The notes under the pieces: generated by a model
Seen by the model: only the letters and a program-made list of their open reading frames with translations
Told to the model about the DNA's origin: nothing
Database searches by the model: none
NCBI GenBank assembly: GCA_027451865.1
Contig: DAIDHW010000003.1
Span: 6,891-70,890, forward strand
Length of the DNA: 64,000 nt
DNA from: Leptolyngbyaceae cyanobacterium clean351
GTDB taxonomy: Bacteria > Cyanobacteriota > Cyanobacteriia > DAIDHW01
Reading direction: 5' to 3'
Shown here: piece after piece, positions 41,007 through 51,416 of the stretch
Position numbering within the stretch: the first letter of the stretch is position 1
How the letters are laid out: every line of letters starts with the position of its first letter
Position numbers and translations under genes: made by a program

Positions 41007-41284
41007 GAAAATTATGTCGAGTCTTTTAAGCTAGATTTAGGCATAAGCAGTACGGTAGAGTTATTAAACCCAGACAGTCTCCGAGGCGCCTACCAGAGAG
41101 TTATCCCTCCCTTACGGTCTCTGGCAAGTGGTCAAGGGTTTCGAGTCTGGCAAAAAATCTAAATTTAGACGAAATCAAAGGGCGCTATCAGGTTTCTACA
41201 AGCACCCCAAACCATTCTCTGGCCACATGTAGATATGTATACAAGCCATTAAGCCTACAAGTTTTTATTACTACACGTAAGTAA

Positions 41285-42202
41285 TCATGTTGCCTCCCCC
41301 AACCACCGCCGCAGGAGGGGATTGACCAACTCCGGCGCCTCATCGTGGGGACAGTGGCCCACCCCCGCCAGAGCCACAAACTCCTTAACCGTGGGAACCT
41401 CAGCCAAAACCCGCCCCATCACCACCGGCTCCCAGGGGTCCTGCTCCCCCCAGATCATCCAGGCCGGACAGCGCAACTGGGGCAGCAACTGTTCCGCCAC
41501 CGGCCCCCCTGAGTAGCGCACAAAGGAGAGGAACACATCCACTGCCCCCGGGTCCCGGGCCGGTGCCAACAACAATTCCACTAACTCCTCAGTCACCGCC
41601 TCCGAACGACCGTAGCAGGTATTCAGGATCCGCCGCACCACCTGGGGGCGAGCCAGGCGAGCAAAAAATAATCCCCCCACCGGCCGGAAACCCAAGACCT
41701 GCTGAAATAGGGCTGTAGACCAACGCCGGTACCAGGGCAGACGGGCTCGCTTACTCTCGTGCAACTGGCGCAGGGAGGGATTTAGCAGCACTACTCCCCG
41801 GACCCAAGCCGAACCACTAACCGCCGCCTGCAGGGCCACAATCGCCCCAATCGAATTACCCACTAGGTAGGCCGGCTCACCGATTACCTCCTGACAAAAG
41901 GCAAGTACCTGCTCTCCCCAGGTGCCAAAGTCGTAGGAGACCCTCACCCCTGGCTCGCGGGGTCCGGGTTGGGGCTTAGCCGAACCCCCAAAGCCCAGCA
42001 GGTCCACCGCATAGACCCGGTAGTCCGCCGCCAGGACCGGCAAGTTCTTGCGCCAGTGACCCCGGGAAGCACCGAAACCGTGGATTAGCACCACCGGCAC
42101 TCCCTGGGTACCCCCCTGGTGATAACAAACCGGGAAACCTTGCCAATACCAATGCTGGTCTACAGGGGCAGTCAAGGGGAAATTCAAGGTTAGATACTCC
42201 AT
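41285..42202 (-). CDS. alpha/beta-fold hydrolase
   Basis: It has an HGFGAS oxyanion region and a GNSIG nucleophile elbow. Confidence 0.75.
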   Translation of the reverse strand: MEYLTLNFPLTAPVDQHWYWQGFPVCYHQGGTQGVPVVLIHGFGASRGHWRKNLPVLAADYRVYAVDLLGFGGSAKPQPGPREPGVRVSYDFGTWGEQVLAFCQEVIGEPAYLVGNSIGAIVALQAAVSGSAWVRGVVLLNPSLRQLHESKRARLPWYRRWSTALFQQVLGFRPVGGLFFARLARPQVVRRILNTCYGRSEAVTEELVELLLAPARDPGAVDVFLSFVRYSGGPVAEQLLPQLRCPAWMIWGEQDPWEPVVMGRVLAEVPTVKEFVALAGVGHCPHDEAPELVNPLLRRWLGEAT

Positions 42203-42213
42203 CGCTAGAATTA

Positions 42214-43545
42214 ATGCTTAAACCCTATTCTCCGTCATTGTCTATGGAACCTGCCCTGACCGAATTTGGTAACCAGATGTCCCACTTGACCGGGGTGCGG
42301 GCGATCATGAAGGACATTGTCGAGACCCTCCAGGCCGCTCAGGGACAGGAATTCATCAACCTCAGTGCCGGCAATCCGGTAATCATCCCGGAAGTGGAAT
42401 CCCTGTGGCGGGAGTGTACCGCCGAACTTTTAGCCGGGCCTGAATACGGGGAGGTAGTGTGCCGCTACGGGTCAAGTCAAGGTTACCAACCCCTAATCGA
42501 GGCGGTGCAACAGGACTTCCAACGGCGCTACGGCCTCCAGCTCACCCCCCGCCACATCCTGATCACCCCCGGCAGCCAGGCCCTCTACTTCTTTGCCGCC
42601 AACGCCTTTGGAGGTTGTACCAGCAGCGGCGCCCGGCGCCGGATTGTCTTACCCTTAAGCCCCGACTACACCGGCTACGGAGGAGTCTGCCTAGTACCGG
42701 GGACCCTACTGGCCTACCAACCATTCCTCGACCTAGACGAAACCCGTCACCGCTTCAAGTACCGTCCCGACTTCAGCCAACTGCAGTTCGACGAGCACAC
42801 CGGCTGCGTGTTGTTTTCCCGGCCCTGTAATCCCACCGGCAACGTGCTGACGGATGAGGAAGTAACCAAGATTGCCGCCCTCGCCTCTCCCCTCCAGGTG
42901 CCAGTATTCATCGATTCTGCCTACGGCCCCCCCTTTCCAGCCCTCAACTTCACCCCCATGACACCCCAGTTTGGTGGCAACCTCATCCACTGCCTGAGTC
43001 TTTCAAAGGCGGGCCTGCCGGGGGAGCGTATCGGCATTGCCATCGGTGACCCCCAAATCATCCAGGTCCTAGAGTCCTTTCAAACTAACCTGTGTATCCA
43101 CTCCTCCCGCTACGGGCAGGCCATCGCCGCCCGGGCCATCACCTCCGGGGCCCTCGCGGACCTTTCAGTACAGGTAATTCGTCCCCACTACCAACGCAAG
43201 ATGGCTGTGGTGGAGGCCACTCTCGACCGCTGCATGCCCCAAGACCTGCCCTGGTTTCTCCACCGGGGCGAAGGAGCGATCTTCGCCTGGCTGTGGTTAC
43301 AAGACCTCCCCGGCGGGGACTGGAACCTGTATCAACACCTGAAACAGGTGGGGGTAATCGTGGTCCCGGGTCACTCCTTTTTCCCGGGGCTAGAACAGGA
43401 GTGGTCCCATACCCAAGAATGCATCCGCATCAGCCTCACCGCCACGGATGAGGAGTTAGAAACGGCCCTGACTCGCCTAGCCCAGGTAGTAGTCCAGGTC
43501 TACAAGCAGGGGGCAGCGGCTAATTCGGCGGGGCACGGAGGCTGA
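42214..43545 (+). CDS. avtA: valine--pyruvate aminotransferase-like class I aminotransferase
   Basis: The full-length alignment pattern matches AvtA (NLSAGNP...ITPGSQ). The start may be 42244. Confidence 0.7.
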   Translation: MLKPYSPSLSMEPALTEFGNQMSHLTGVRAIMKDIVETLQAAQGQEFINLSAGNPVIIPEVESLWRECTAELLAGPEYGEVVCRYGSSQGYQPLIEAVQQDFQRRYGLQLTPRHILITPGSQALYFFAANAFGGCTSSGARRRIVLPLSPDYTGYGGVCLVPGTLLAYQPFLDLDETRHRFKYRPDFSQLQFDEHTGCVLFSRPCNPTGNVLTDEEVTKIAALASPLQVPVFIDSAYGPPFPALNFTPMTPQFGGNLIHCLSLSKAGLPGERIGIAIGDPQIIQVLESFQTNLCIHSSRYGQAIAARAITSGALADLSVQVIRPHYQRKMAVVEATLDRCMPQDLPWFLHRGEGAIFAWLWLQDLPGGDWNLYQHLKQVGVIVVPGHSFFPGLEQEWSHTQECIRISLTATDEELETALTRLAQVVVQVYKQGAAANSAGHGG

Positions 43546-43576
43546 GGCACGATCAACTTAACTAAAGATGTACTGA

Positions 43577-46036
43577 ATGATTGGCCAAATTGTGGGCGGG
43601 CGCTATCGGATCCTCTCCTCCCTAGGCGGGGGAAGCTTTGGGCAGACCTATCTCGCCGAGGATATCCATCGTCCGGAATTCCCCCAGTGTGTAGTCAAGC
43701 TCCTCAAGCCGGTAGTTACTAACCCCAGCTTTCTCCCCTTGGCGCGCAACCTATTTCACAAGGAAGCCCAGACCCTAGAGAGATTGGGAACCCACAGTCA
43801 GATCCCCCAGCTACTGGCCTACTTTGAGCAGGAGGAGAACTTCTACCTAGTCCAGGAGTTTGTTGCCGGCCACACCCTGCGCCACGAGCTCCCGCCCGGC
43901 CAGCCCTGGAGCGAAGCCCAAGTGGTCAAACTTCTCAGAGAAGTCCTCGGGGTCTTGGTATTCGTCCACGAGTGCCGTGTGATCCATCGAGACATTAAAC
44001 CTGATAACCTGATCCGTCGCCAAGCAGACCAACGCCTAGTCTTAATTGACTTTGGCGCGGTGAAGGTAATCCAAGGGGGCCCCGGGGCTAACCCCGGCAC
44101 CATTGCCATCGGTACCCCAGGGTACATGCCCCCGGAACAATCCCAAGGCCGCCCCCGCCCCAGCAGCGACCTATACGCCCTAGGGATGGTCGCCCTCCAG
44201 GCCCTCACCGGGGAGGGTCCTAGTCAGTTGCGCTTTGATGAGGCCGGGGAGGTCCTGTGGCCTCCTACCCCGGGGTTCAGTCCCGAGTTGGTGGCCCTGG
44301 TTAAACGGTTGGTGCGCTACCAGCCCCAGGACCGCTATCAAAGTGCCGCCGAGGCCCTAGGGGCTCTAGGGCACCTGAGGCGGCCTCAACTCCTGACCCG
44401 TCTGGGACGACTGCTCCAAACCCCGGTGGGGGAACTGCTCGGGGGACACCGGCCTACCCCTAGCTTCCCGGTTGCTCCCACGATGCCCCGCTCACCTAGG
44501 ACCCGGGTGTTTATCAGTCATCAGCCCCTCGAACTCGAAGTGGGAGTAGCTCAGGAGTTTTATCGGACCCTGGAGGCGGCGGGTTATCAACCCTTCATTA
44601 GTAGTATGTTTGCTACCCTGGCTAAGGACCAGTGGATCGCGGCCCTAGAGCAGTGCGACCACCTGATCCTCTTACTGTCGGCTCCCTCCGCCAATAGTGA
44701 GCTATTGCTCGAGGAGTTGCGCACGGTCCGAGGGGTGCAGGAGCGCCTGCAGCGCCCGCGGATCCTCCCTATCCGCCTGAATTTTCCCCCGGGCTTACCC
44801 CTCAACTACGAGATCCGCAGCTACCTGCAGGGAGTCCAGCAGCGGTTCTGGCGTCATTCAGAGGACACCAAGGGACTCCTAGAAGAAATCCTAGAGGTGT
44901 TAGCAAGTCCTCTTCTTGCTCCGGAGACCCCCACCACCGGTGGCACCCTCTCCACGGTGGTGCCCTGGGAAACTAAGGGGGCAGCCATCCCCCTGCCAGT
45001 GGCGGAACCGGAGATCCCCCAGGGCTACGTGAACTTGGCCTCGGCCTTCTACATCGAGCGCCCCCCCATCGAGAACCAGTGCTACGAGGCCATCCTGCAA
45101 CCCGGAGCCCTGATCCGGATCAAGGCCCCCCGCCAGATGGGCAAAACCTCCCTGATGGCTCGGATCCTCCACCAGGCTACCCAGGCCGGCTGTCGGAGTG
45201 TTTCCCTGAGCCTGCAGCTAGCGGACGGGAAGGTATTTACGGACTTAGATTGGTTTTTGCGCTGGTTGTGTGCCAGCCTGGGGCGGCGGCTGCAGCTAAC
45301 CAACCAGATTGACCAGTACTGGGATGGGGTGTTCGGTAGTAAGTACAATTGCACCGCCTACTTTGAGGAGTACATCCTGCCCCAGCTGCAGGTCCCCCTG
45401 GCCCTGGGGCTTGATGAGGTGGACCGAGTGTTTGCCTACCCAGAGATCGCTAGTGACTTTTTTGGTCTCCTGCGGGCCTGGCATGAGGAGGCCAAGAACC
45501 AGGAACTCTGGCAACGCCTGCGCCTAGTGGTGGTCCACGCCACGGAGGTATATATTCCCCTAGATACTAACCAGTCCCCCTTCAACGTCGGCTTACCCCT
45601 AGACCTACCCGAGTTTAACGCCGCCCAGGTCCAGGAGTTAGCCAAGCTCCACGGCCTAGTGTGGAGCTTGGACCAGGTGCAAGCCCTGATGGACCTGGTG
45701 GGGGGTCACCCTTACCTGGTCCGTCTAGCCCTGTACCACCTGGCCCAGCAGAATACCACCCTGCAGCGTCTGCTACAGGAGTCCCCCACAGAGGCCGGCA
45801 TGTACAGGGACCACCTGCACGGTCACCTCTGGAACCTCCAACAGCATCCCGAGCTCTTGCGGGCCTTTCAGCGGGTGGTCATGGACCCAGCACCGGTTAT
45901 CCTCGACGCCCTACCTCTATTCAAGCTACACAGCCTAGGACTAGTGCACTTACAGGGCAACCGGGTCAAACCCCGCTGCCATCTGTACCGTCAGTACTTT
46001 CAGCAGATTTTCAAGGCCACAGAGGCCGGGGAGTGA
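43577..46036 (+). CDS. Ser/Thr protein kinase - TIR-like - AAA-like/STAND NTPase fusion protein
   Basis: The kinase part has GGGSFG, a VKLL lysine, HRDIKPDN, DFG and GTPGYMPPE. The TIR-like block is RVFISHQ...LILLLSAPSANSELLLEEL. The NTPase part has a Walker A motif (APRQMGKTSL) in a C-terminal AAA-like domain. Confidence 0.75.
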   Translation: MIGQIVGGRYRILSSLGGGSFGQTYLAEDIHRPEFPQCVVKLLKPVVTNPSFLPLARNLFHKEAQTLERLGTHSQIPQLLAYFEQEENFYLVQEFVAGHTLRHELPPGQPWSEAQVVKLLREVLGVLVFVHECRVIHRDIKPDNLIRRQADQRLVLIDFGAVKVIQGGPGANPGTIAIGTPGYMPPEQSQGRPRPSSDLYALGMVALQALTGEGPSQLRFDEAGEVLWPPTPGFSPELVALVKRLVRYQPQDRYQSAAEALGALGHLRRPQLLTRLGRLLQTPVGELLGGHRPTPSFPVAPTMPRSPRTRVFISHQPLELEVGVAQEFYRTLEAAGYQPFISSMFATLAKDQWIAALEQCDHLILLLSAPSANSELLLEELRTVRGVQERLQRPRILPIRLNFPPGLPLNYEIRSYLQGVQQRFWRHSEDTKGLLEEILEVLASPLLAPETPTTGGTLSTVVPWETKGAAIPLPVAEPEIPQGYVNLASAFYIERPPIENQCYEAILQPGALIRIKAPRQMGKTSLMARILHQATQAGCRSVSLSLQLADGKVFTDLDWFLRWLCASLGRRLQLTNQIDQYWDGVFGSKYNCTAYFEEYILPQLQVPLALGLDEVDRVFAYPEIASDFFGLLRAWHEEAKNQELWQRLRLVVVHATEVYIPLDTNQSPFNVGLPLDLPEFNAAQVQELAKLHGLVWSLDQVQALMDLVGGHPYLVRLALYHLAQQNTTLQRLLQESPTEAGMYRDHLHGHLWNLQQHPELLRAFQRVVMDPAPVILDALPLFKLHSLGLVHLQGNRVKPRCHLYRQYFQQIFKATEAGE

Positions 46037-46075
46037 CCAAACCTGCTATGGTGGTTGGGCGTCTAGGTAAGCATT

Positions 46076-46894
46076 GTGATGGGTATTCCAGTAGTAGTCA
46101 ACGGAGCCACGGGCAAAATGGGTCGGGAAGTCCTGCGGGCTATCGCCAGCGCCCCAGACCTGACCTTGGTGGGGGCCCTCAGTCGTCGCCCGGACTACCT
46201 GGGTCGGGATGCGGGGGAGGTGGTGGGAATCGGCCCCTTAGAGGTACCCATCACCGATAACCTAGAGGCGGCACTCCTAATGGCTGCCCAGGAACGCGAG
46301 GTAGGGGTGATGGTAGATTTCACCCATCCCAGTGCCGTCTACAACAATGTCCGGGCTGCCATTGCCTACGGCCTCCGCCCCGTGGTAGGGACTACGGGAT
46401 TAGACCCAGGACAGCTGCAGGACCTAGCGGAATTTGCCGACAAGGCCAGCACCGGCTGCCTGGTGGTACCAAACTTTTCCATTGGCATAGTACTGCTGCA
46501 GCAGGCCGCCCAGCGGGCCGCCCAGTATTTCGACCACGTGGAAATCCTGGAGCTGCACCACAATCAAAAAGCTGACGCCCCCAGTGGCACGGCACTGCAA
46601 ACCGCCCAGCTCCTAGCGGGCCTAGGCAAAACCTACAACCCCCCCCAGGTAGAAGAAACCGAGACTCTCCCCGGGGCCCGGGGGGGCTTGGGGCCCGAAA
46701 ACATCCCCATCCACAGCCTGCGCCTGCCGGGCCTGATCGCCCACCAAGCGGTGATCTTTGGTGCCCCCGGCCAGGTGTATACCCTCCGACACGACACCAC
46801 CGACCGGGTCTGCTACATGCCGGGGGTGCTGCTAGCCATCCGCCGGGTCCGGGAGCTCAAAACCCTCATCTATGGTCTAGAGAAAATCCTCTAG
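46076..46894 (+). CDS. dapB: 4-hydroxy-tetrahydrodipicolinate reductase
   Basis: It has a GxxGxxG NAD motif (GATGKMG) and a DapB C-terminal domain. Confidence 0.9.
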   Translation: MMGIPVVVNGATGKMGREVLRAIASAPDLTLVGALSRRPDYLGRDAGEVVGIGPLEVPITDNLEAALLMAAQEREVGVMVDFTHPSAVYNNVRAAIAYGLRPVVGTTGLDPGQLQDLAEFADKASTGCLVVPNFSIGIVLLQQAAQRAAQYFDHVEILELHHNQKADAPSGTALQTAQLLAGLGKTYNPPQVEETETLPGARGGLGPENIPIHSLRLPGLIAHQAVIFGAPGQVYTLRHDTTDRVCYMPGVLLAIRRVRELKTLIYGLEKIL

Positions 46895-47075
46895 GTCTTG
46901 GGTCCATCCCCTAATTCAGTATTTCTATACTACTAAACTAACCCGTCCACCGCATCCTTGGGAATTTCGGAGCATCTGCGGGTCGGGCCCAGGAGACTGG
47001 GCAGCTAGCCCCCATGGCAACCACAAAATTAACCCTGGGACATCAGCAGAAATTATTAAGGCTATTGATTCCTAA

Positions 47076-47131
47076 TTATGAATTGTGGCCAGGGTGGGTA
47101 TTCTTATGAATTGTGGCCAGGGTGGGTATTC
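47076..47131. repeat. perfect 28-bp tandem duplication (TTATGAATTGTGGCCAGGGTGGGTATTC x2)
   Basis: The two copies, 47076-47103 and 47104-47131, are identical. The repeat lies at the 5' end of the GT28-C gene. Confidence 0.9.
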
Positions 47132-47184
47132 TAAGGTTATATCTGTGCTTAATTAGACTTAACTTTTCCTATGGGATCCCCCTT

Positions 47185-47625
47185 GTGATTTTCATCACCC
47201 TCAGTGGCAACAAGTTACCTTTTAACCGGGTAGGTGCCTGGATTATTGCCCTGATCCGCCAGGGGTTTCTTAACCCTGAAGAGGAGGAAATAGCCTTCTG
47301 CGCTCCCCCTCCCACTATCCCCCCAGAGGGAGTTTTAGTGTATCAAAGCTTCGACGAGGGCCAACAGGAAAAGATGATCACTAAAGCCCGGATCGTTATC
47401 ACCGATTGTCACCCGCCCCTGATGACTCTAGCTACAAGACTAGCAAAGACAGTAATTTTCATCCCCCGGGCCGAGCAACTCCAGGAGAACCACGACCAGC
47501 ACCAGGTGATGACTGCCCTGGAACTAATGAAACAAAATGCCAAGGTGGCCTGGTCCCCAGGGGATCTCGTCCGCATCCTGGCCATCCAGGGAGAAACCCC
47601 CATCAGCAAAGTTATCTACCTATAG
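47185..47625 (+). CDS. glycosyltransferase family 28 C-terminal-domain protein (PssE/Alg13-like)
   Basis: It has an IFITLSG N-terminus (compare VFVTVGT of Alg13) and a GT28_C-like sequence. A GTG start is proposed; the track ORF begins at 47113 inside the repeat. Confidence 0.5.
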   Translation: MIFITLSGNKLPFNRVGAWIIALIRQGFLNPEEEEIAFCAPPPTIPPEGVLVYQSFDEGQQEKMITKARIVITDCHPPLMTLATRLAKTVIFIPRAEQLQENHDQHQVMTALELMKQNAKVAWSPGDLVRILAIQGETPISKVIYL

Positions 47626-47685
47626 AAAGTCCCAGCTGCGCGCTTTTCGCCACCCTTACCCATACTGCTTAACCTTGGCGGGCTC

Positions 47686-49784
<2,099 letters not shown>

Positions 49785-49792
49785 CTAGGAGC

Positions 49793-50038
49793 TTAGCGCT
49801 TTTTCTTGGGAGCAGTTTCGGTTTGTTCGTCGGCCAACATCCCGTACTTGCGCATAAAGCGCTCCACCCGCCCCTCGGTGTCGATGATCTTTTGGGTACC
49901 GGTGTAGAAGGGGTGATTACCAGACCACACGTCCACGTGCAGTTCTGGTTTGGTAGAGCCGACGGTCATCACAACTTCCCCGTTACAGTACACCTTGGCT
50001 TCGGGGTACCACTTGGGATGGATATTAGGCTTTGGCAT
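49793..50038 (-). CDS. rpmE: 50S ribosomal protein L31
   Basis: It has an MPKPNIHP N-terminus and a Zn-ribbon remnant. Confidence 0.9.
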   Translation of the reverse strand: MPKPNIHPKWYPEAKVYCNGEVVMTVGSTKPELHVDVWSGNHPFYTGTQKIIDTEGRVERFMRKYGMLADEQTETAPKKKR

Positions 50039-50048
50039 GACAGATCCC

Positions 50049-50486
50049 TTAGGTAGAAATGGGTTGGTAGAGGGCCTGCAGTTCTAACAGCAGGTTCAGA
50101 CACTGGTGGTCACTCATCAGTTGGGGGCTGAAGGCAAAACTGGGAGAGTGCTTGGTGAGCACCCGCTGCACCGGCCCTGAGAGGTTGGTATTCAGGTCCA
50201 CCACTTTCATTCCCCAGTCAGTGAAGTGGCGATGGGTAACCTCAGCACAGTAGATCAACTCAGGGCTGTGGTGCCGGGGGTCTTGGGCGATCCGGTGGTA
50301 GGTAGTACTCAGGCTAGGGCGGTTCCCCTCCAGCAGTTGGAGAAACATCCCGTTGCCGTAGCAGAGCATACCAGTAATACTTGCCGAGGCATTGTTGCGC
50401 TCTGATCTGGTCAAGATGTCCGCCAAGTCAGCGTAGCCCAGGTTGGGGATGGCCTGGCTAGCGTACACAAGCCGATAAAGGGTCAT
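50049..50486 (-). CDS. pixD: BLUF-domain blue-light photoreceptor (PixD-like)
   Basis: It follows PixD closely: MTLYRLVYASQ...ITGMLCYGNGMFLQLLEG...YHRIAQDPRHHSPELI...CLNLLLEL. The start is set at the internal MTLYRL methionine, just after the rpsI stop. Confidence 0.8.
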   Translation of the reverse strand: MTLYRLVYASQAIPNLGYADLADILTRSERNNASASITGMLCYGNGMFLQLLEGNRPSLSTTYHRIAQDPRHHSPELIYCAEVTHRHFTDWGMKVVDLNTNLSGPVQRVLTKHSPSFAFSPQLMSDHQCLNLLLELQALYQPIST

Positions 50487-50535
50487 GGCCGGGATTTGAG
50501 GTGCTCCTTGTATTGTAAGGGCCCGAGGCTCTAAC

Positions 50536-50952
50536 CTAGCGCTTGGAGTACTGGGGAGCCTTACGGGCTTTGCGCAATCCGTACTTGCGCCGTTCCTTGG
50601 CCCGGGGGTCACGGGTAAGGTAGCCTTCTGCCTTCAGGGGACGACGGTTATCGGGACTAAGCTCGCATAGGGCCCGGGCTACTCCGAGACGGATGGCATC
50701 CGCCTGACCAGTGAGGCCGCCGCCCCGGGCGTTCACTAGGATATCGTACTCAGCCTCCATGCCCAGAACTTCCAGGGGGGCCTTAGCAAGGGACAGGTAG
50801 GCAGGGTTGAACTGTAGGTAAAGATCCCCAGGGTGACCGTTGACCACGAGTTTACCAGTACCAGGGACGAGACGCACCCGGGCCACGGCTGCCTTGCGTC
50901 GACCGGTCCCCCAGTAGACGACCCGGTCTGACTTAGTTACAACGGTGGTCAT
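50536..50952 (-). CDS. rpsI: 30S ribosomal protein S9
   Basis: It has a C-terminal [14 protein letters not shown] motif. Confidence 0.9.
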   Translation of the reverse strand: MTTVVTKSDRVVYWGTGRRKAAVARVRLVPGTGKLVVNGHPGDLYLQFNPAYLSLAKAPLEVLGMEAEYDILVNARGGGLTGQADAIRLGVARALCELSPDNRRPLKAEGYLTRDPRAKERRKYGLRKARKAPQYSKR

Positions 50953-51407
50953 GACTGATCTCCAGGGATGGTTTGTAGTTTGAGCACGGCGGGCTGCTGG
51001 GCAGCGTGGGGATGGTTAGGCCCGGCGTAGACCTTGAGCTTAGTGAATAGCTGCCGACCGAGGCTATTTTTGGGGAGCATACCCTGAATAGCGTGCTCAA
51101 CAATCCGCTCCGGCAGGCGGGCTTGCAGTTTGGCAAAAGTCTCTGTCTTCATCCCGCCCGGGCGGCCGGAGTGGCGGCGGTAGATCTTCTGGGTGCGCTT
51201 TTTACCGGTGACAGCAATCTTTTCAGCATTGATGATGACTACGAAGTCCCCAGTATCTAGGTGGGGAGTGTAGGTGGGCTTGTGCTTGCCCCGTAGGATC
51301 ATAGCCACCGCAGTGGCCAGGCGGCCGAGGCGCTGGTCTGTGGCGTCAACCACGTACCACTCCTGCTTCAAGTCCCCCTGGGGGGGGAGATAGGTTTTTT
51401 GAGTCAT
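50949..51407 (-). CDS. rplM: 50S ribosomal protein L13
   Basis: It matches the L13 family and is coupled to rpsI by a 4-nt overlap. Confidence 0.9.
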   Translation of the reverse strand: MTQKTYLPPQGDLKQEWYVVDATDQRLGRLATAVAMILRGKHKPTYTPHLDTGDFVVIINAEKIAVTGKKRTQKIYRRHSGRPGGMKTETFAKLQARLPERIVEHAIQGMLPKNSLGRQLFTKLKVYAGPNHPHAAQQPAVLKLQTIPGDQS

Positions 51408-51416
51408 AGTTGGGGG

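Larger units (their letters stand above)
36552..41284. mobile_element. low-GC horizontally acquired island (no integrase or tRNA target identified)
   Basis: There is an abrupt compositional shift, judged by eye, from about 60-65% to about 40-47% GC between the pyrB 5' region and the 3' end of the hydrolase gene at 41285. The contents are not core genes. Confidence 0.6.

Noticed and set aside
45661-46260. 199-aa Pro/Gly-rich ORF overlapping the kinase-TIR-STAND 3' end and the dapB start
   Set aside because: It has a low-complexity GC-frame translation and is overlapped by two well-supported genes.
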